A DNA stretch of 64,000 nt from an uncultured Bacteriovoracaceae bacterium (GTDB taxonomy: Bacteria; Bdellovibrionota; UBA2428), in the NCBI GenBank assembly GCA_964609695.1, contig CAZSSP010000003.1:112224-176223 (forward strand), read 5' to 3'. Made by a program: the position numbers and the translations under genes. Below the pieces are notes generated by a model. That model was not told where the DNA came from. It saw nothing but the letters and a program-made list of their open reading frames with translations, and made no database searches. Positions 58,602-64,000 of the stretch are shown piece after piece. Every line of letters starts with the position of its first letter. The stretch's first letter is position 1.

Positions 58602-60266
58602 ATGTCGTATTTAGTTTTGGCCCGAAAATATCGTCCGCAGCGTTTTGTGGATTTAGTCGGCCAAGAACACGTTGCTGTCACTCTTAAAAATGCTATTAAA
58701 GGCGATCGCACGGCCCATGCCTATCTTTTTACTGGTCCTCGCGGCGTGGGAAAAACAAGTGCCGCAAGAATTCTAGCCAAAGCCCTTCGTTGTCAAAACC
58801 CAGCCAGTGATGGTGAACCTTGTAATGAGTGTGAATCTTGTGTGGCTGTTAATCTCGGAAATAGTTTAGACGTCATTGAAATCGATGCAGCTTCCAATAC
58901 AGGCGTTGATAACATCCGTGAACTTCGCGAATCCGTGGGCTTCATGGCCACCCAGGGCAAATACCGAATCTATATTATTGATGAAGTTCACATGCTTTCT
59001 ACGGCGGCTTTCAACGCTCTCTTGAAAACTCTTGAAGAGCCCCCGCCTCATGTGCTTTTTGTTTTTGCCACCACTGAAATTCATAAAGTTCCGGCAACGA
59101 TACTCTCTCGCTGCCAGCGTTTTGATTTTAAAAAAATTCCACCAGCCATTATGGTCGAAAACCTTAAGGGAATTTGCGCCAAAGAAAAAATTGCCATTGA
59201 TGAAAATTCCCTTAAAGCCGTAGCCATCGAGAGCGAAGGATGTTTGAGAGATGCTCAATCTTTACTCGATCAAGCGATTGCCATTTGCGGCGAAAAAATT
59301 GAACTCGAAAATTTAGAAAAAGCTTTGGGACTTGTGTCGCGCGCAAAGTTTTTTGCACTGATCGAAGCCATATTTGAGCACAAGGCCGACAAGGCTCTAC
59401 TTCAATGCACTGAGATGCTTGAAAATGGTATGGACCCGAAAATACTTTTGGGTCGACTTACTATTTTCTTTAGAGATCTTCATTTCTTTTATTGGACGGG
59501 GCAAAGCTCACTCGATGATGCCTACACTTTGCAAATTTTTGAAAAGGGTCGAAATTCTCTGAGTGTCGATGAGGTTGTTCGGGCCTTAGACTTGTGTTTA
59601 CGCACTCAAACTCAACTACCCCTTTCTATTTTGGCCGCATTTTCATTGGAGTCTTTGGTGGCCAAACTTTGCTTGCAGCGCCCCGCCTTGGCGGTGTCGA
59701 CTAGCAGTGCTGGAGTTTCTCAAGAGGCTCCTCGGGCTCAGTCTTATTCTCAACCTCAGGCCCACACTCAAACACATTCTCCCTCTGCGGCTTCAGTCAA
59801 AGCGAGCCCAGCCTCTACGCCAACTTCTTCTTCTAGTTCTGCTTCTGTGGCTTCACCTGCTATTTCTGCAAGTGCTGTCGATCGTGGAACTCAATCACCT
59901 TTGATGCGTTTAGAGGAATATCTTCGTCAGAATAAAAATTCTTGGATTCCAGTTATTAGAAGTGTTTTGCGAATGGATTTAAATGAGCAAAAACTCGATG
60001 TCGAAGTGAAGTCTGATTTTGCTGGAAAGCGATTGGCGTCTAAGGACGGTATCGAGCTTTTGAGACTGATTTTTTCAATCCCCAACGTAGTTGTTACTGT
60101 TGAGGGCGGCGATGAGCAAAAAAAAAACTCTTTTAAGCGTCCCGAAGACATTTTATTAGAGAAACGCCGTGAAGCTCGTGAACATGTGGCGGTGCAGGAA
60201 GCTATTAAAAGCTTTCGAGCGGTTGTCAAAGAAACAAAAGTCCTCAATGATGAGAAACTGAAATAA
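58602..60266 (+). CDS. dnaX: DNA polymerase III subunit tau/gamma
   Basis: GPRGVGKTS Walker A, Zn-module CNECESC, DEVHML box. Low-complexity S/A/P-rich linker. Confidence 0.9.
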   Translation: MSYLVLARKYRPQRFVDLVGQEHVAVTLKNAIKGDRTAHAYLFTGPRGVGKTSAARILAKALRCQNPASDGEPCNECESCVAVNLGNSLDVIEIDAASNTGVDNIRELRESVGFMATQGKYRIYIIDEVHMLSTAAFNALLKTLEEPPPHVLFVFATTEIHKVPATILSRCQRFDFKKIPPAIMVENLKGICAKEKIAIDENSLKAVAIESEGCLRDAQSLLDQAIAICGEKIELENLEKALGLVSRAKFFALIEAIFEHKADKALLQCTEMLENGMDPKILLGRLTIFFRDLHFFYWTGQSSLDDAYTLQIFEKGRNSLSVDEVVRALDLCLRTQTQLPLSILAAFSLESLVAKLCLQRPALAVSTSSAGVSQEAPRAQSYSQPQAHTQTHSPSAASVKASPASTPTSSSSSASVASPAISASAVDRGTQSPLMRLEEYLRQNKNSWIPVIRSVLRMDLNEQKLDVEVKSDFAGKRLASKDGIELLRLIFSIPNVVVTVEGGDEQKKNSFKRPEDILLEKRREAREHVAVQEAIKSFRAVVKETKVLNDEKLK

Positions 60267-60283
60267 GCTTTTAAGGAGTCGAT

Positions 60284-60610
60284 ATGAAATTTCCGGGAAA
60301 TATGGGCGGCATGGGGCAATTGCTTCAACAAGCTCAAAAAATGCAGGCCGAAATGAAACAAGTCCAAGCTAAGTTAGCTGAAAAAGAACTCGACGTTGAA
60401 AGTGCGGGCGGGCGTATAAAAATTAAAATCAACGGAAAACAAGAAATCTTAAAGATCGATATTTCTGCGGAATTAGTCGATCCCAACGACGTGGCTCTTC
60501 TGGCCGATATGGTGAAGGTGGCGGTCAATGAAGCTGTTACGACTTCTCAAAACATGGTGGCCACTGAAATGGGTCGCATTGTTCCTCCGGGATTATCGGG
60601 TTTATTTTAA
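60284..60610 (+). CDS. ybaB: Nucleoid-associated protein YbaB/EbfC
   Basis: 108 aa. MGGMGQLLQQAQKMQAEMKQVQAKL...GGRIKIKINGKQE. Confidence 0.85.
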   Translation: MKFPGNMGGMGQLLQQAQKMQAEMKQVQAKLAEKELDVESAGGRIKIKINGKQEILKIDISAELVDPNDVALLADMVKVAVNEAVTTSQNMVATEMGRIVPPGLSGLF

Positions 60611-60632
60611 ACTTTTGTAGAGAGTCATATTT

Positions 60633-61238
60633 GTGAAGTTACTTCCCTCAAGCCTTCAAATTTTAGTCGAGGAGTTTTCAAAGCTTCCCGGCGTGGGAGA
60701 GAGAAGTGCCCTTCGATATGCGCTTTCGTTAATGCGTTCTGGAAAAAATGCTTATAAAGATTTAGCTCGTGCTTTGATGGAAGTTGGTGAGAGCGTAGAT
60801 TCATGTCCTCGATGTCATTTTTGGACTGATAGCGGACATTGCCCTTTGTGTTCTAATTCACAACTTCATTCTGAAACTCTTTGCGTCGTTCGAGATTCTC
60901 CCGACGTGCTAGCTTTAGAAAAGTTTCGCACTCATGGTTGGCGCTATCATGTGCTTCAAGGTTTGCTTTCGCCTCTTCAGGGTGTGGGGCCACAGCGCTT
61001 GCGTCTCAACACGCTTTTTTCTCGAATCAAAGAAGATGGCGTTAAAGAATTAATTTTAGCTCTCGATGCTACTCTTGAGGGCGATGCTACGGCTCTTTAT
61101 ATTCGTGATTATTTGCAGGAACATTTTCCTGAGGTCAAAATAAGTAGAACTGCTTTGGGATTGCCCGCGGGTTCCTCGGTTGAATATCTCGACCCTTCAA
61201 CTCTTGAGCAGGCCCTCATGCACAGAACGGGACTTTGA
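60633..61238 (+). CDS. recR: Recombination protein RecR
   Basis: GTG start. HhH region (FSKLPGVGERSALRYA), C4 zinc finger CPRCHFWTDSGHCPLC, Toprim domain. Confidence 0.9.
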   Translation: MKLLPSSLQILVEEFSKLPGVGERSALRYALSLMRSGKNAYKDLARALMEVGESVDSCPRCHFWTDSGHCPLCSNSQLHSETLCVVRDSPDVLALEKFRTHGWRYHVLQGLLSPLQGVGPQRLRLNTLFSRIKEDGVKELILALDATLEGDATALYIRDYLQEHFPEVKISRTALGLPAGSSVEYLDPSTLEQALMHRTGL

Positions 61239-61242
61239 GGCG

Positions 61243-61782
61243 ATGGGTTTTTTAGTCAACGAACTTGAAACTTTAGTTTATAGAGTTATGGTTTTGAGCG
61301 ATTCCCATGATTCTCTTAAAGATGTTTTTCAAGATATGTCTATGGAAGTCACAACAGAACTTAGTCCTGGGCAAAATCTTGAATGGAAGGCCGGAGTTTT
61401 TTCAAAAGATTCTATTTTTCCATTTTTTTGTGCGGCCACTTTGGGGCAGCGAGGTAAGTTGAAGTGTCGAGTTCATTTTGTGGGACACACCATAAATACA
61501 GATCAGGAAATTTTTGATTTTTGTGAAATGGCCGATTTGGTTTTGCTCGATATTAGATTTGAGAGGCCCGATTCGGCCATATTTATTAATAAAATTCGAC
61601 AAACATTAACTAAACCTTGTGCCATTAGGGGCTTTAAGGGCAGCCCTGTTCTTCCTTCGGATGAGTTGCGGGCTAAGGCCCTTAGAAAATGGGCTGAAGA
61701 GCGCTTTTCTAAACTATTATTGCTCAAAGAAAATGATAAGTTGGTTCAAAGAAGTTTGGATTGGGCCTTGAGCTTTTCTTAA
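61243..61782 (+). CDS. Hypothetical protein
   Basis: ORF immediately after recR (start 5 nt past the recR stop). No motif recognised. Confidence 0.35.
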   Translation: MGFLVNELETLVYRVMVLSDSHDSLKDVFQDMSMEVTTELSPGQNLEWKAGVFSKDSIFPFFCAATLGQRGKLKCRVHFVGHTINTDQEIFDFCEMADLVLLDIRFERPDSAIFINKIRQTLTKPCAIRGFKGSPVLPSDELRAKALRKWAEERFSKLLLLKENDKLVQRSLDWALSFS

Positions 61783-61816
61783 GGCTTGGCTATGTTCAGA
61801 TTCGTTTTCAGGATAT

Positions 61817-61892
61817 TCGCTGGTAGCTCAGTTGGTAGAGCAGGTGGCTGTTAACCACCTTGTCGCAGGTTCGAGTCCTGCCCAGCGAGCCA
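61817..61892 (+). tRNA. tRNA-Asn (anticodon GUU)
   Basis: TCGCTGGTAGCTCAGTTGGTAGAGCAGGTGGCTGTTAACCACCTTGTCGCAGGTTCGAGTCCTGCCCAGCGAGCCA. Canonical cloverleaf with encoded CCA. Confidence 0.9.
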
Positions 61893-62038
61893 TTTTTCTG
61901 CGGCAAAATCTGAATTGATTCAGATTTTGAAGCTGAAAAGGGGGAGCACTGAGCGAGCGTATATCGCGAGCGAAAAGCGCACCCTGCGCGATTTTTTCCG
62001 CAACAGCATCGTTCTCAGTCACTTAAAATCAATAAAAT

Positions 62039-63049
62039 TTAAAATAAGTTCAAACAATATTTTTCAAATAGATTTTTTGGGTCTTTTTTGGGTTCTTTTG
62101 AGTTGCTTCTCTCATCAGATAATTTTGCGCAAAACGCAAGTGAAGCAGTGCCTAAGACCATGCTACCCGCTACTGTGAGATAACCATTAAAGCGTCTGTT
62201 GAATTGTATATACGGACTATTCAAAATGGCTTTGTCTTTATCAAAATAGGCGAAACGATTTTTTAATTTTTTGAGTAATTCCTTATCGGCAGCAGTTAGA
62301 TTTCTACCTTTTTCCTTAAGTTCCATCCAAAATCCAAATCCTTCTGCAAAATCTTCTACCCAGCTTGTGTCTCCATAAGCGGAGACTCCCACGTTGTCCC
62401 TAGCAGCGGCTCTTTTGTATTCTAGGGGGGGCTCGTAGTTTCCGTAGAAATGATAAAGAAGTAAATGGCCAAATTCGTGTTGGTTTGTAAATCGCTCGGG
62501 AGCCTTTCCTTTAAAATCAAAATAGCGAATGGTGTCTACGTCGGCGTGGGCTAGGGCGTCGGAGTTTCCTCGCTCAGGAGAGCCAATCAATTCAATTCTT
62601 TTTACAACTTCAATATGATCGTGAGGTAGCGAGCTGATAATTGAAGTCATGGTGTCTTCTACATACTTATCAATGGGCCCATCAACGAGTGGACGATGAA
62701 GCATGGGCTTTTCAACATAAAAATTAATTGTGTGAGCTTTTTTGCCACTACCTATAGTGGCTTCAATGATAAAAGTTTTTGCACTACGACCCTCTTTATA
62801 AGTTTTTGTTAGGCGACCTTCTTGATTGGGCTTTTGGCCTATTAAAGTGCATCCATACTCAAAGCAATTTTCAACGGGGCGCCCGGAGTTTTTCCAAGTG
62901 TAATGAATATCTTTAGGGTCGACTAGGCGATTTAGTTTTGAAACTTTTTGGAAAAGTGGAGGGCAAATTAAACCTAAAATCGCATGGCTATGTGCAGAAA
63001 CTAAAAAGAGCAGGCTTGCTCCAGGCGATTTTAGTTTCGTTAAGCGCAT
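62039..63049 (-). CDS. Putative secreted zinc metallopeptidase (HEXXH)
   Basis: Signal peptide. HEFGHLLLYH motif (HExxH) with a downstream acidic EDFAEGF segment. Confidence 0.4.
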   Translation of the reverse strand: MRLTKLKSPGASLLFLVSAHSHAILGLICPPLFQKVSKLNRLVDPKDIHYTWKNSGRPVENCFEYGCTLIGQKPNQEGRLTKTYKEGRSAKTFIIEATIGSGKKAHTINFYVEKPMLHRPLVDGPIDKYVEDTMTSIISSLPHDHIEVVKRIELIGSPERGNSDALAHADVDTIRYFDFKGKAPERFTNQHEFGHLLLYHFYGNYEPPLEYKRAAARDNVGVSAYGDTSWVEDFAEGFGFWMELKEKGRNLTAADKELLKKLKNRFAYFDKDKAILNSPYIQFNRRFNGYLTVAGSMVLGTASLAFCAKLSDERSNSKEPKKDPKNLFEKYCLNLF

Positions 63050-63215
63050 CTAGTTGTTTTCGGATTTAATGATTTGAGTCTTAAGCATCTTTTTTTCCGC
63101 TTAACACTTGCATTTAAAGCGTCAAAGAGTTGACGCTTAGGTGCCGGCTCGTTAAAAGTTTAAAAGCAGGCTTTATATAAGCTAAGCCAAAAACGAGTAA
63201 CCAGAGGGGGTCTCC

Positions 63216-63743
63216 ATGACATTTAAAAACAAATTTTTATTAACCGCGACTTTAGCTATGTCTTCATTGGCCAGTGCCGTTCAAGCGGCTGAAAAGGCGC
63301 CTTTGCTAGCAAAAATTGAACAGGGTGCAGGGCTTATGATGCCACCAGAAAATAAGAATGATCCAGTTTTTGTGGGTCGAGTTTTTGAGGTGACTGAAGA
63401 TGGAAGCGTTTATGTTTTGAGTCGTTATCTAAAAAATGGCAAAACAATTATTAAAGAATCAAAGCCATTAACATATAAGCAAGAAGATATTGTTGAATTC
63501 AAAAGAAGTATTAATCAATTAAAATTGGAGCGCCCACTTGTTGTGGATGAAAATGCACCGGTTCTTTGTGATGGTGGTTTTGCGCATTTTTCAGTAGTCA
63601 TCAACGGAAAGCTAACTCTTATACAAGAAAACAATGACTGCTCACCTAATCGAGTTCGAGCAGGGCGATCTTGGTTAGAAGTTGCGGTTCTAGATGTTCT
63701 GACTGATTTATTAAAAGCTTATTACAATATTCCTCAAAAATAA
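63216..63743 (+). CDS. Hypothetical secreted protein
   Basis: Signal peptide LLTATLAMSSLASAVQA. No motif. Confidence 0.35.
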   Translation: MTFKNKFLLTATLAMSSLASAVQAAEKAPLLAKIEQGAGLMMPPENKNDPVFVGRVFEVTEDGSVYVLSRYLKNGKTIIKESKPLTYKQEDIVEFKRSINQLKLERPLVVDENAPVLCDGGFAHFSVVINGKLTLIQENNDCSPNRVRAGRSWLEVAVLDVLTDLLKAYYNIPQK

Positions 63744-64000
63744 TTTCAATGAATCTAAGAGCCTAGAACTTTTCTGAAGTTCTAGGCTCATGACTTCTTT
63801 TTGACTCTCTTAAAGTTCTAAATTCTTCCATAATTAAATTAATGCGACGTGAGTATTTGGGCTTAGCTATATGCGTTTTATTGCTGTCTTGCCAAAGAGC
63901 ACCCAAACAAAGCTTGAGTATTAGAATAACTAAAAATGAGTCATCGATTTTAGAAATTCCAAATTTTTTTAACCCACGAATGATGAGCACCTCAACAACA

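Noticed and set aside
60117-60126. A10 homopolymer in dnaX as a programmed frameshift site for the gamma subunit
   Set aside because: The tract lies only about 45 codons before the stop, not at the roughly two-thirds position used to truncate tau to gamma, and no downstream stem-loop is evident.
61893-61940. Hairpin AAATCTGAATTGATTCAGATTT after tRNA-Asn as a terminator
   Set aside because: A 9-bp AT-rich stem with no following U-tract. Weak, so left uncalled.

Overview
This 64-kb window is low-GC (about 40%) bacterial chromosomal DNA. About two thirds of it is housekeeping genes in recognisable synteny:
- lon;
- recO;
- lepA-pyrB-carA-(orf)-carB-greA-recG;
- tatA;
- aspS and hisS, divergently arranged;
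- rlmH;
- ribF;
- tRNA-Ser(UGA), SRP RNA (ffs), then dnaX-ybaB-recR;
- tRNA-Asn(GUU).

Accessory blocks are interleaved with these:
- a glycan-synthesis cluster: two GT2 glycosyltransferases, a UDP-glucuronate decarboxylase-like gene and a flippase-like membrane protein;
- a small Flp/Tad-type pilin locus with a sigma-54 -24/-12 promoter, close to an orphan sigma-54 enhancer-binding protein that has neither a receiver domain nor an HTH;
- many signal-peptide-bearing hypothetical proteins, including a 723-aa protein with a C-terminal LAS/M15-like zinc peptidase signature, an L,D-transpeptidase, a VWA lipoprotein, a 1025-aa Ser/Gly/Thr-rich protein and a TPR protein.

The abundance of secreted proteins, Flp pilins and sigma-54 elements suggests a Bdellovibrio-like predatory lineage; this is inference only.

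The most unusual locus is a translationally coupled three-gene operon at 30969-35402. It encodes a divergent PurL-like (PurM-fold) protein, a PurQ-like glutamine amidotransferase homologue that appears to lack the catalytic cysteine, and a membrane protein with a ZAS (H-x3-C-x2-C) anti-sigma zinc-finger motif. A roughly 260-bp perfectly nested palindromic element follows it immediately.

Other notable items:
- a 27-bp direct repeat of the tRNA-Ser 3' end (att-like) flanking a GC-rich 225-bp segment;
- a 26-aa lysine-rich small ORF with a strong SD and a terminator;
- an ORF embedded between carA and carB;
- a receiver-GAF protein whose phospho-acceptor Asp is replaced by Asn.

No CRISPR array, transposase or integrase is visible.
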